Source: Candidatus Latescibacterota bacterium
GTDB lineage: Bacteria > Latescibacterota > UBA2968
Direction of reading: 5' to 3'
Assembly: GCA_965204375.1 (NCBI GenBank)
Contig: OZ241986.1
Coordinates: 1,280,001-1,344,000, forward strand
DNA length: 64,000 nt
The notes under the pieces were generated by a model. That model ran no database searches. It was given only the letters and a program-made list of their open reading frames with translations, and had not been told where the DNA came from. Numbering within the stretch: the stretch's first letter is position 1; every line of letters begins with the position of its first letter. The position numbers and the translations under genes are program-made. Of this stretch, positions 30,894 to 39,268 are shown piece by piece.

Positions 30894-33191
30894 ATGGCAT
30901 TGACAATTGACGAAAGGCCTGCGCAGCCGGGGGAATGGGGATTTAGACCGGAAAATGTGACGACAGAGGAGACGCCACCGGCATTTGTGTGGCGCCCACA
31001 GGAGAATGCTGCGACCTATGATGTCCAGTGTGCGCGGGTCTCAGATTTTTCAAAGATTGCATACGAGGCACGGGGATTGACATATACGGTTCACCGCGCA
31101 GCAGAGGTGTTTGAATCGGGTCAGTGGTATTGGCGATTCCGATTTGCCGATGGGGATGGACAGGTGTCGGAGTGGAGTTCGGGGCGCGCCTTTGTGATTG
31201 CCCAGAATGCAAGAGCATTGACATTGCCCAAACGCAGTGAATTGATTGGGCGCATCCCCAGGAACCATCCGCGCCTGTTTGTGCGTCCAGAGGATTTGGA
31301 TAGCTTGCGCGCACGGGCACGAGGAGATCTGAAACCGATTTACGACGATCTGGTCGCAACGTGCGAAGATATTCTAGCCGATATGCCATCTACCAGAGAA
31401 CCGCCCCTGTATCCCGAGGGGACTGTTGTTCTGAGCGAGGAATGGCGGGAGATCTGGTGGGGAAACCGGATGTACACGATTCGCGTGTTAAACAGCGCGG
31501 CGACGCTGGCTTTTACGCGGCTTTTGGTCGGGCAAGATCACTATGGTGAGAAGGCAAAAAAATTGCTGCTTGCGTGTGCCAAATGGGATCCTTTGGGGGC
31601 GACTGGCTATCGGTATAATGACGAAGCAGGCATGCCCTACAATTACTATTTTTGTCGCACCTATACGTTTGTGAACGATTTATTGAGCGAAGAAGAGCGC
31701 GATATATGCCGCGCGGTGATAAAGGTGCAGGGGCAGGAGATGTACGATCATCTGGCGACTGAGATGCGCTATTTGTGGCATCCTTATGGGAGTCATGCCG
31801 GCCGAGCCTGGCATTTTTTGGGCGAGATTGGCGTGGCGTTTTTGGATGAGATTCCCGAGGCGGAGGAGTGGGTGTGGTTCGCTATGAATGTGTTTGGTGC
31901 CGTGTATCCCGCGTGGTGCGATGAGGATGGCGGCTGGCATCAGGGATTGCAGTACTGGGAAAGTTATGTTCAGCGCTTTACGTGGTGGGCGGATATTATG
32001 CAGACGGCAATGGGGATCGATGCGTATTGCAAACCGTATTTTGCACGCGCTGGCGATTATCCGATGTATTTTCAGCCCCCCGGTACGCGAGGGGGTGGCG
32101 TGGGCGATTTGACGACGACGAGGACGTCGGATCAGAATTGCGATTTGATGCGCACGCTGGCGGCTCAGGCGCGCAATCCATACTGGCAGTGGTATGTGGA
32201 TATGCATCCGCAGAAAGAGAAAGGGGATACGAGAGAGCGTCGGTTGGATGCCGTGGGTGCCGGTCGGTCGCTCTATATCGATTTTGTGCGGGGTGCATTG
32301 CCAGAAGTATGCGGGGAAGCGCCGGTGGATTTGCCTTCTTCAAAATGTTTTCGCGGCACGGGGTTGGTGGCGATGAATTCGGATTTGACTGATGGGAAAA
32401 ACAATGTGTCGGTCATTTTTAAGAGCAGTCCATTGGGATCGCAGAGTCACGGTTTTGACGCGCAAAATTCGTTTTCGCTATTTGCTCTTGGCGAGCGTTT
32501 GTTGATCCACACGGGCCAGCGCGATATTCACGGCAGCGACCACCACAAGAACTGGATGCACCATACGAAGTCGGTTAATTGCATTGGGGTAAATGGCGAG
32601 AGTCAGTTGCGCAATCACGCTGCGGCTATGGGCGAAATTCTGGATTTTCAAACGTCGGATGTATTTGATTATGTTGCCGGCGAAGCCGCTCCGGCCTATG
32701 GGGGAATGCTGAAGAAATTTACGCGGCAGATTTTGTTTGCCAAACCCGATGTGGTGGTGATTTGCGATACGGTAGTGGCACAAGAGGCTTCGACATTTCA
32801 GTATTATTTACACGCTGAAACGGAAATGGATATCGAGGGCCAGACGCTAAAAATCACAACGGGTGATGCGGGCTGTGTGGTGTCTCTGCTGCGTCCAGAA
32901 AATTTGAAAATCAGTCAGACCGATCAGTTTGATCCTCCGCCGCGAGAGCGCGTTCAGCTTACGGAGTATCACGTGACGGCAGAGACGGCGATACCGCGTG
33001 AAGAGGCTACGTTTATTGCGGTATTGAGACCGCATAAGGCTGGGGATGTGCCCGAAGGCGATCCGGGTGTGGTGGATGACGGAACTATAGTGGTGCCATT
33101 ACCCAATGGCGAGTTGAAGGTCTGGATGGGAGAGACATTGCGCGCGGAGAAAAGAGATCAAAACGGTGTTGTGGTGGCAACTGTGTGTTGA
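30894..33191 (+). CDS. DUF4962 / heparinase II/III-like polysaccharide lyase
   Basis: HPRLF, DGGWHQGxxYW, SSPLGSQSH..DAQNSF, FTRQILFAKPD. Confidence 0.8.
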   Translation: MALTIDERPAQPGEWGFRPENVTTEETPPAFVWRPQENAATYDVQCARVSDFSKIAYEARGLTYTVHRAAEVFESGQWYWRFRFADGDGQVSEWSSGRAFVIAQNARALTLPKRSELIGRIPRNHPRLFVRPEDLDSLRARARGDLKPIYDDLVATCEDILADMPSTREPPLYPEGTVVLSEEWREIWWGNRMYTIRVLNSAATLAFTRLLVGQDHYGEKAKKLLLACAKWDPLGATGYRYNDEAGMPYNYYFCRTYTFVNDLLSEEERDICRAVIKVQGQEMYDHLATEMRYLWHPYGSHAGRAWHFLGEIGVAFLDEIPEAEEWVWFAMNVFGAVYPAWCDEDGGWHQGLQYWESYVQRFTWWADIMQTAMGIDAYCKPYFARAGDYPMYFQPPGTRGGGVGDLTTTRTSDQNCDLMRTLAAQARNPYWQWYVDMHPQKEKGDTRERRLDAVGAGRSLYIDFVRGALPEVCGEAPVDLPSSKCFRGTGLVAMNSDLTDGKNNVSVIFKSSPLGSQSHGFDAQNSFSLFALGERLLIHTGQRDIHGSDHHKNWMHHTKSVNCIGVNGESQLRNHAAAMGEILDFQTSDVFDYVAGEAAPAYGGMLKKFTRQILFAKPDVVVICDTVVAQEASTFQYYLHAETEMDIEGQTLKITTGDAGCVVSLLRPENLKISQTDQFDPPPRERVQLTEYHVTAETAIPREEATFIAVLRPHKAGDVPEGDPGVVDDGTIVVPLPNGELKVWMGETLRAEKRDQNGVVVATVC

Positions 33192-33212
33192 GTCTGGCTT
33201 TGCCGGAGGTGT

Positions 33213-34624
33213 TTGGAGATGGATGGCGATCAAACTGAGATGTTAGACGATATCCTGAAGATGATCCTGACGTATATCCAGTCTCAGGGTTATGACCGAG
33301 TACGGCTTTATCTCTATAACAAAGAGCGGGATGTGATGGAGGGGGCCTTCCAGGTGGGCATGGAACACGAGTTTCCGTTTTCCACCATCGTATATCCATT
33401 GAAAAGGGATCCCTACGCAAAACAGAGACTGGCCTCCAACCGCCCCTGGATCTATCGGGCCGGGAGGCCGGAATACGAGGTGGTTAGCCATCTCAATAGA
33501 GAAGCCGGTATCTTCTCCGACGCGACATCTCCTGAGCTGGAATGGGCCGAAATTCTCCTGAAGATTGTAGAGGGAGGCAGAGAAATTTTGATCGGGCAGA
33601 TCGGCCTGGACAACGAGTCCAGCAGGCGTCCTCTGGACCAGAAGCGACTGGACCGATTGATGGTGTACGCCTCCCATGCGGCCCTGGCTATCAGACATAC
33701 GCAACTCTACCATCGGATGGCTGAAGAGGTGCAGCACCGCACCTCAGAGCTAAATGAGCAAAACAGACAACAGGAGGCACTGCTGCATATCAATCAGGCC
33801 GTGCAGGAGATGAAGCGCGTCTCAGACCTTGGACAGATTGTTCGGGTCTGTTACAAGCATCTACGGGAACTGGAGTTGGATTTCCAGGCGATGGCGATCC
33901 ACCGGCTAATCGATGAAGAAACACAGACATTTGAGTCTTATGAGATCCAGCCTTCGGGAAAGTTCCACAGGCTGATGATGAAACGCGCCAACATCTACCG
34001 GATGTGGCTGGGTGGACAGACGGTTTATCGACGGGATCTGGAAGTGGACCCGGGCGGGATGACGGACGAGGCACTGACGGCGATCCACAGGCGCTACGGG
34101 ATTAGTCCCCGTTGCATCCTGGACATTCCACACACTCTGGGAACGGTCGCCCTTTTGAGTGTGCATCCGAACGCCTTTGCCGAATCCGAAAAGGCATTTC
34201 TGGAACGGGTTGCCAGCGTGTTGTCCATGGGCCTCGTGCGGGTGGCGGACTTGGAGCAGATTCGCAACTATCAGGTACAATTGCGGACTCTGGCATCTGA
34301 ATTGACGCTGGCCGAGGAGAAGGAACGGCGTCGCATAGCAAGAGATCTGCACGACGGGATCGGTCAGACTTTACTGGTTTCGAGGATGAAGCTGAGAGGA
34401 TCGAGGGCCCCGACATCTGCTCCTGAGCTTGTGAGGTCTATGGACGAAGCCCGTGAGTTTATCGATCAGGCGATTCAGAGCGTGCGATCGCTGACCTTTG
34501 AGCTCAGCCTTCCGATTCTTTACGAACTGGAGTTTGGCGCGGCGATGGAGTGGCTGGTTGAACAGATCCAGGAACAGCACGATGTTCAGATCGACTTAGA
34601 GGACGACGGGCAGTCTGAAAAAAT
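33213..34624 (+). pseudogene. GAF-GAF-HisKA_3 sensor histidine kinase, 5' fragment (interrupted by transposon)
   Basis: ERRRIARDLHDGIGQTL H-box; frame breaks at the left TIR; rejoining with 39350-39677 restores ...GQSEKMGEEVTVLLFR... in frame. Confidence 0.9.
34617..34624. repeat. 8-bp target site duplication GAAAAAAT (second copy 39342-39349)
   Basis: Identical octamer directly abuts both TIRs. Confidence 0.95.
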
Positions 34625-34661
34625 GGGGATTATGTAGAATAGTGTCCATAAGAAAAACGCC

Positions 34662-34886
34662 TTAATTGTCGCACTGTATTCCCAATTTGCTGACAATGCA
34701 GTTATAGCATTCTCGCGCTTTGAGTATGTCGTCAAAGATGAAGACTTTTTTCTCTCTCTCTGATTTGGGCGTGAAGTTGATAACAACCGATTCGCCATCC
34801 AATGTTATCTCGTCTAACTCATGAGAGTCAATGCGAAATACTTCTTCTTTTGTCTCGCTGATTTTCACACGTATCAAGTTTCCCAT
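34662..34886 (-). CDS. Small hypothetical cargo protein (74 aa)
   Basis: CAGGAGA RBS before ATG 34886; resembles 36058-36306. Confidence 0.6.
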   Translation of the reverse strand: MGNLIRVKISETKEEVFRIDSHELDEITLDGESVVINFTPKSEREKKVFIFDDILKARECYNCIVSKLGIQCDN

Positions 34887-34933
34887 CGTTGTTTCTCCTG
34901 TAAAAAATACTGAACAAATGTATAGAAAATTGC

Positions 34934-34962
34934 TTGATTTCAAGGGTTTATAATGCTATCTT
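34934..34962 (+). promoter_or_regulatory. Putative sigma70 promoter of the transposase
   Basis: TTGATT-N17-TATCTT. Confidence 0.45.
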
Positions 34963-34998
34963 AATGGCAGATATAAACCCTTATTTTTGTAGGGGGAT

Positions 34999-35036
34999 AA
35001 AAAAAAGAAGGCTTGCGCTTTTGGGAGCGCAAGCCT
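34999..35036 (-). terminator. Minus-strand intrinsic terminator within the transposase leader
   Basis: 11-bp perfect stem aggcttgcgct/agcgcaagcct with U-tract only on the minus strand. Confidence 0.6.
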
Positions 35037-35144
35037 CTAAGTGGAGAAACAGGCAAATCGTCGAACCTCCCGTATTCCTCGCACAATTCAAAGATAAGGT
35101 GTGTTGAGCCAAAAGACAACATCTTTTTTTTGTTGAGGTGTGCC

Positions 35145-36083
35145 ATGGCTACCAATGCACCAGGCATGCATTTCCGTAAGGGCATGTCTCTCATCCAGCT
35201 ATTCAAGATGTTCCCGGATGATGAGACAGCCGAGAAGTGGTTTATTCACACGCGCTGGCCGGATGGTATCGCTTGCCCGCGATGTGGATCCGTCAACGTT
35301 CAGGAAAAGGCGATACACCCAACAATGCCTCACCGATGCAGAGACTGTCGTAGATATTTCTCTGTCAAGAAAGGCACAATGATGGAATGTTCAAATGTAG
35401 GTTATCAAATATGGATAATCGCCATTTACCTCTGGACAACAAACCTGAAAGGTGTTTCGTCCATGCACCTGCACCGCGATGTAGATGTGACACAGAGAAC
35501 CGCATGGTTTCTTCTGCACCGGATCAGACACGCTATGACGCCTGAACAGGTCGAACTGTTTGACGGCACAGTAGAGGTCGATGAGACGTATGTCGGAGGG
35601 AAGGAAGGGAATAAGCACGCGAAAGACAAACTGCGCTTAGGGGGCACGGCGGGCAAAACGCCAGTCGTTGGTGCGAAGAATAGAGAAACCAAACAGGTGC
35701 AGGCAGAAGTGTTTGAGGATGTAGATGAAGATGCGATAAATCAGTTTATTGAGGATTGTGTTGAAAAAGGCGCGACCGTGTACACAGACGGGTCACACGT
35801 CTATAACGCTCTGGAGGGGTATGAACACGATAAAGTGATTCACTCACGCGGTGAATATGTGAGAGGAGATGTATCAACAAACGGGATCGAGTCTTTTTGG
35901 TCGATGATAAAACGCGCAATCATGGGGGTGTATCACAAAATCAGCAAAAAACACTTGGGGAAGTATGTCGCTGAGTTTGTGGCACGGCAAAATATGAGAC
36001 CGCGAGATACCATCGACCAAATGAAACTGATTGCGGAATGCTTTGAAGGGAAAAGGCTTAGGTATTGTGAGTTGGTTTCATAG
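35145..36083 (+). CDS. IS1595-family DDE transposase with N-terminal Zn ribbon
   Basis: RWPDG-CPRC...CRDC Zn ribbon, VEVDETYVGG, VYTDG, STNGIESFWSMIKR, YHKISKKHL..YVAEF. Confidence 0.96.
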   Translation: MATNAPGMHFRKGMSLIQLFKMFPDDETAEKWFIHTRWPDGIACPRCGSVNVQEKAIHPTMPHRCRDCRRYFSVKKGTMMECSNVGYQIWIIAIYLWTTNLKGVSSMHLHRDVDVTQRTAWFLLHRIRHAMTPEQVELFDGTVEVDETYVGGKEGNKHAKDKLRLGGTAGKTPVVGAKNRETKQVQAEVFEDVDEDAINQFIEDCVEKGATVYTDGSHVYNALEGYEHDKVIHSRGEYVRGDVSTNGIESFWSMIKRAIMGVYHKISKKHLGKYVAEFVARQNMRPRDTIDQMKLIAECFEGKRLRYCELVS

Positions 36084-36306
36084 CATCAAAGTTAAAGCGA
36101 TGGGCAAGTTTCGTGAATTGGCGTTTGGCCTCTTCGAGTAAATCAAACTCAAAGTGTTCTTTTTCTCCATTTGGTGAATGAAACTCAATCTCAACAGGAA
36201 AGCCTTCCTTGTTCCAGTCTATATCAATGTGTATAGAGAACACATGATCAAGGTAAACTATCACGAATTTTCCATCTGAGTTTTCTCCGGAAATAAAATT
36301 TTCCAT
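36058..36306 (-). CDS. Small hypothetical cargo protein (82 aa)
   Basis: AAGGAGG RBS; converges on and overlaps the transposase 3' end. Confidence 0.7.
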   Translation of the reverse strand: MENFISGENSDGKFVIVYLDHVFSIHIDIDWNKEGFPVEIEFHSPNGEKEHFEFDLLEEAKRQFTKLAHRFNFDAMKPTHNT

Positions 36307-36320
36307 GGCAAAAGCCTCCT

Positions 36321-36482
36321 TTAATTTATCCTTATCTCAATTTCTGGTTGTTGCACCCAATAGACCCATATTGGACTTGTAGATGCAGGGCCACCATGTC
36401 GATTTACCTGGTTAGAATTGTCTGGTTGCTTGTCCGGCGGATTTGAGTTGACGGGTATATCTAACTCTGATATTTTATTCAC
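36321..36482 (-). CDS. 53-aa Pro/Asn-rich microprotein (MNKISELDIPVNSNPPDKQPDNSNQ...)
   Basis: Not in ORF track; AAGGAG RBS + GTG; first 25 aa homologous to 39008-39268. Confidence 0.6.
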   Translation of the reverse strand: MNKISELDIPVNSNPPDKQPDNSNQVNRHGGPASTSPIWVYWVQQPEIEIRIN

Positions 36483-36529
36483 GGCTTTTCTCCTTTTTTA
36501 CGGGGGAGGAAGGTGGTATTTTATTCATG

Positions 36530-36556
36530 AGGCCGTGTTTACCGCACGGCCTTTTT
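36530..36556 (+). terminator. Intrinsic terminator-like hairpin (homolog in inverted orientation at about 38931-38963)
   Basis: aggccgtg-loop-cacggcct followed by a T-run. Confidence 0.55.
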
Positions 36557-36559
36557 AAT

Positions 36560-36706
36560 TTACCTAAACAGGCTTGCAAGCGCAACCCCGAAAATGACGA
36601 GAAGAACACCACTCATAACAGCCATACGACGGTTGTGTATTTTCTCCTCGTGGTCCAGTTTTTGTTGCCACTGTTCTCGGTATTCTTTCCACTCCTCGTC
36701 TGTCAT
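36560..36706 (-). CDS. 48-aa charged helix + C-terminal TM microprotein
   Basis: Not in ORF track; MTDEEWKEYREQWQQKLDHEEKIHNRRMAVMSGVLLVIFGVALASLFR; ATGA overlap with the peptidase stop. Confidence 0.65.
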   Translation of the reverse strand: MTDEEWKEYREQWQQKLDHEEKIHNRRMAVMSGVLLVIFGVALASLFR

Positions 36707-37653
36707 GGCGCACCGTCCACAACAATGTGTATATGCGTGTGGTCATGCACATGCTTGAAAACTGGTTGGCCGATTGCGGGCTTTGTCAATACCGGATGGG
36801 GCATCTGTGCTTTGTTGTAGTCCACTACATGTCCCAAATCGTGCAACATACCGAGCGTAACTTTGCTGATGACGCTTTGTGGGGCTACGTATGGTTGCAT
36901 TATATCCCACATCATTTCGGGATACTTCCAGTGTGTGGTCTCCATTTCCATTGGAATACGCAAATCAGGAATAGCGAAAGAAAGTTTTTCGCCCAAATGG
37001 TAAAGGACTTCTCTATACCCCTGGACGCCGTGTGCCCCACTGTAATACTTTACACTGGATACCACTTCCAAATATTCTTTGATATACACGTCAGAAAAGC
37101 CGAGTGCGTGTCCAATCTCGTGAAGGATTACTGCCCGTTTTTGTGCCTGTGTCAAAGTGTTCAGGTAGTCATACAGCCACACTTCAGCATAAAAGGGCAA
37201 CCCACCCATTGTCGGAGAACGGGCGACGGTAAGGTGCGTGGTCGCCACCGCGTTAGGATTTGTGGGCACTTTCCAAACAAACTTCACCAATAAATCATCC
37301 ACACGCGCCACTGGCGGAATGGCCGATATATGCGAATATGTAAAGGCCGGCATATCGGGCAACCCGCCTACAATCACGCCTTCCCACTGATCCCTCGCCC
37401 AAATTATGGCGTTGGATACTTCAAGCGGAAATGTACCCGGGTTGTCTAAATACACGCCAATATCAAAACGTTCTTGAGGAACAGGTACAGTCTGTGCTGA
37501 TTGCAAAGGCTCTGGCGTCTCATTCACCTGTACCTGTGTTGGCGCAGGCACTTTCGCACACGCCATGAGAACTGTGAGAATAAAACAAGTTGCCCCTAAT
37601 TGTAAAAGTGTGTAAATTGGACGCTTATTCCCGCCTGTGAGTATTGCACTCAT
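36703..37653 (-). CDS. Leishmanolysin-like (M8) zinc metallopeptidase, predicted lipoprotein
   Basis: Lipobox LMAC; HEIGHALGF; downstream THW third ligand, DIMQP Met-turn, SKVTLGMLHDLG. Confidence 0.8.
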   Translation of the reverse strand: MSAILTGGNKRPIYTLLQLGATCFILTVLMACAKVPAPTQVQVNETPEPLQSAQTVPVPQERFDIGVYLDNPGTFPLEVSNAIIWARDQWEGVIVGGLPDMPAFTYSHISAIPPVARVDDLLVKFVWKVPTNPNAVATTHLTVARSPTMGGLPFYAEVWLYDYLNTLTQAQKRAVILHEIGHALGFSDVYIKEYLEVVSSVKYYSGAHGVQGYREVLYHLGEKLSFAIPDLRIPMEMETTHWKYPEMMWDIMQPYVAPQSVISKVTLGMLHDLGHVVDYNKAQMPHPVLTKPAIGQPVFKHVHDHTHIHIVVDGAP

Positions 37654-37777
37654 AGAGAAACCCTCTCTGTGTGTGGTGATATTCCGGCGGATTGCCGTGT
37701 GCTGCTTCTCCCGGACTGCGACCAACAGGTAACGGGGACAGCACACGGCGCACCTTATAGGGGTGATAAAATGAAAA

Positions 37778-37984
37778 CTACTGACCGGATTCTTTTTTTA
37801 GCTCTTGAATGGCCCCAAGAACCCCATTTACCAAATCCATTGCGTCTTCCGGAGACACCCGATAGACATGAAAACCGGGAATTGTTTTTTGATCTAAGTC
37901 TTCCGATATGGCAATGTCCAGCATCTGCTTGTTGTGGACCAAATAAATCCTAAGTCCACCTTCTCCAACTGGTTCTTGTTGCAT
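37778..37984 (-). CDS. 68-aa hypothetical cargo protein downstream of RNA cassette 1
   Basis: GGAAGG RBS before ATG 37984 (MQQEPVGEGG...). Confidence 0.6.
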   Translation of the reverse strand: MQQEPVGEGGLRIYLVHNKQMLDIAISEDLDQKTIPGFHVYRVSPEDAMDLVNGVLGAIQELKKESGQ

Positions 37985-38063
37985 AAAAATTATCCTTCCC
38001 CATAAAAAATTCCCGCAGTTATCTGGCGGTGGTGTTCCGCGCTCCGTTATGGAGCCGGGCAGA

Positions 38064-38200
38064 GATACCACCTCACGCAGACATACTGCGGGAAAAGTCC
38101 TACCTATTTGCCAAGATCGGGTAGCTAATCCGTTCTTTGTAGGTTGGCTATTCTATTCAGTAGGCTACCCGACGAAGCGGGTCTGCCGTAAGGTGGTATC
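38064..38200 (-). ncRNA. C4-like antisense structured RNA, copy 1
   Basis: Closing stem GAUACCACCU/AGGUGGUAUC, small CCCG..CGGG hairpin, CCUAC/GUAGG arm, bulge UUCCCGCAGU complementary to downstream ACUGCGGGAA (38010-38019). Confidence 0.6.
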
Positions 38201-38208
38201 AAAAAGAA

Positions 38209-38272
38209 AGCCCTGACGGTTCCATCAAACTGTTGATGAAGCGTCAGGGCTTCGAGTTTGTCCGTCAGGGCT
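38209..38272 (-). ncRNA. P4 CI-like double-bulged hairpin RNA / attenuator, copy 1
   Basis: Stem AGCCCUGACGG/CCGUCAGGGCU + U-tract; bulges AUCAAC and AUGGA complementary to the leader at 38301-38319. Confidence 0.55.
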
Positions 38273-38324
38273 AAAGCGATATTCGTAATGTAAGACAAAA
38301 TTATCAACAATCTGATGGATGCTG

Positions 38325-38354
38325 ATAATTTAACTTATCTAACCTGAGTGTCAA
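38325..38354 (-). promoter_or_regulatory. Sigma70-type promoter driving RNA cassette 1 and cargo operon
   Basis: TTGACA-N16-TAAATT; positionally conserved in copy 2. Confidence 0.6.
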
Positions 38355-38377
38355 GATTTTTTGTATTTTATCTCCGG

Positions 38378-38397
38378 CACTATTCTACATAATCCCC
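38378..38397. repeat. Internal second right-end TIR of the transposon
   Basis: cactattctacataatcccc, identical to the outer 20 bp of the right TIR. Confidence 0.9.
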
Positions 38398-38481
38398 TTC
38401 GATGGTCTGTGCAGACGCCATTGTTTTGTAAATATAGTCTTTTAATTCTTCTATTTCACGTTCAATATCGTATCTCTGCAT
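38380..38481 (-). pseudogene. ORF downstream of RNA cassette 2, truncated by the internal TIR
   Basis: MQRYDIEREIEELKDYIYKTMASAQTIE then reads GDYVE* inside the TIR. Confidence 0.55.
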
Positions 38482-38549
38482 AAAAAAATCCGCAATAATC
38501 TGGTGAGTGGGTGCGACACCTTACATATTCGTGCAAGGTGTCGGGCAGA

Positions 38550-38681
38550 AGCACCACTTACGCAGACATACTGCGGAAACGTCCCTACTTATTCGTCCAG
38601 ACCGGGGAGCGACCCCAACCTTTTTGACAGACTATTGTATTGGGTAGGATACCCGACGAATCGGGCTGCCTAAGCGGTGCT
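38550..38681 (-). ncRNA. C4-like antisense structured RNA, copy 2
   Basis: Closing stem AGCACCGCUUA/UAAGUGGUGCU (compensatory changes vs copy 1), same hairpin and arm, bulge UCCGCAGU pairs with AUUGCGGA (38489-38496) just before ATG 38481. Confidence 0.6.
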
Positions 38682-38700
38682 ATTTATTTTTCACACATAA

Positions 38701-38774
38701 AAAGCCCCGGCGGTTCCGTCAAACTGCTGATGAGGATTCAGAAAAAATCCTCACAGTTTGTCCGCCAGGGCTTT
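38701..38774 (-). ncRNA. P4 CI-like double-bulged hairpin RNA / attenuator, copy 2
   Basis: Outer stem AAAGCCC..GGCGG/CCGCC..GGGCUUU; 38715-38731 is a perfect 17-nt complement of the leader at 38819-38835. Confidence 0.55.
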
Positions 38775-38840
38775 GTAAAAAAAGCGCATTCAAAATAGAG
38801 AAAAGATCAAACAAGCTTATCAGCAGTTTGACGGATGCGT

Positions 38841-38870
38841 ATAATGTAACCTTTCAGAGATAGATGTCAA
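38841..38870 (-). promoter_or_regulatory. Sigma70-type promoter of RNA cassette 2
   Basis: TTGACA-N16-TACATT followed by the same GCATCC leader start as copy 1. Confidence 0.6.
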
Positions 38871-39007
38871 GGTTTAATCCTCATAATACTCAAATTTTCG
38901 GTTGCCCATCACAGAGTAGTTTGGTAAATTAAAAGCCGTGCAGTGGAGAAAGCCACCACACGGCAATTGCGATTTTCACCCCAACCTTCCAAGAAAGGGG
39001 AAAAAGC

Positions 39008-39268
39008 GTGAACAAGATACCAGAACTGCATATACCAGTCAACCCAAATCCACCGGACAAACCGCCAGACAATTCTAACCAAGATGGGTATTTTTCATGT
39101 GTAAAAGAAAAGAAAGGGGGTGATCTCTCAATGAACAAAACAATACGCATCACGCTCATGATCGTGGTTGTCTTTGTCTGCACACTCTTTTGGACGAAAA
39201 CGATTGATAATCTCGAAGCAGGAGTTATCATCGGTAAATCCAAAATTGGCAAAGCTACACTGAGATAA
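39008..39268 (+). CDS. Pro/Asn-rich leader fused in frame to a 45-aa hydrophobic peptide (own RBS, ATG 39131)
   Basis: MNKIPELHIPVNPNPPDKPPDNSNQ homologous to 36321-36482; MNKTIRITLMIVVVFVCTLFW single TM. Confidence 0.55.
   Translation: MNKIPELHIPVNPNPPDKPPDNSNQDGYFSCVKEKKGGDLSMNKTIRITLMIVVVFVCTLFWTKTIDNLEAGVIIGKSKIGKATLR

Noticed and set aside
38720-38760. CTGATGAG...GAAA resembling a hammerhead ribozyme core
   Set aside because: GAAA lies in the hairpin loop rather than 3' of stem II, copy 1 lacks CTGATGA, and the promoter indicates the minus strand
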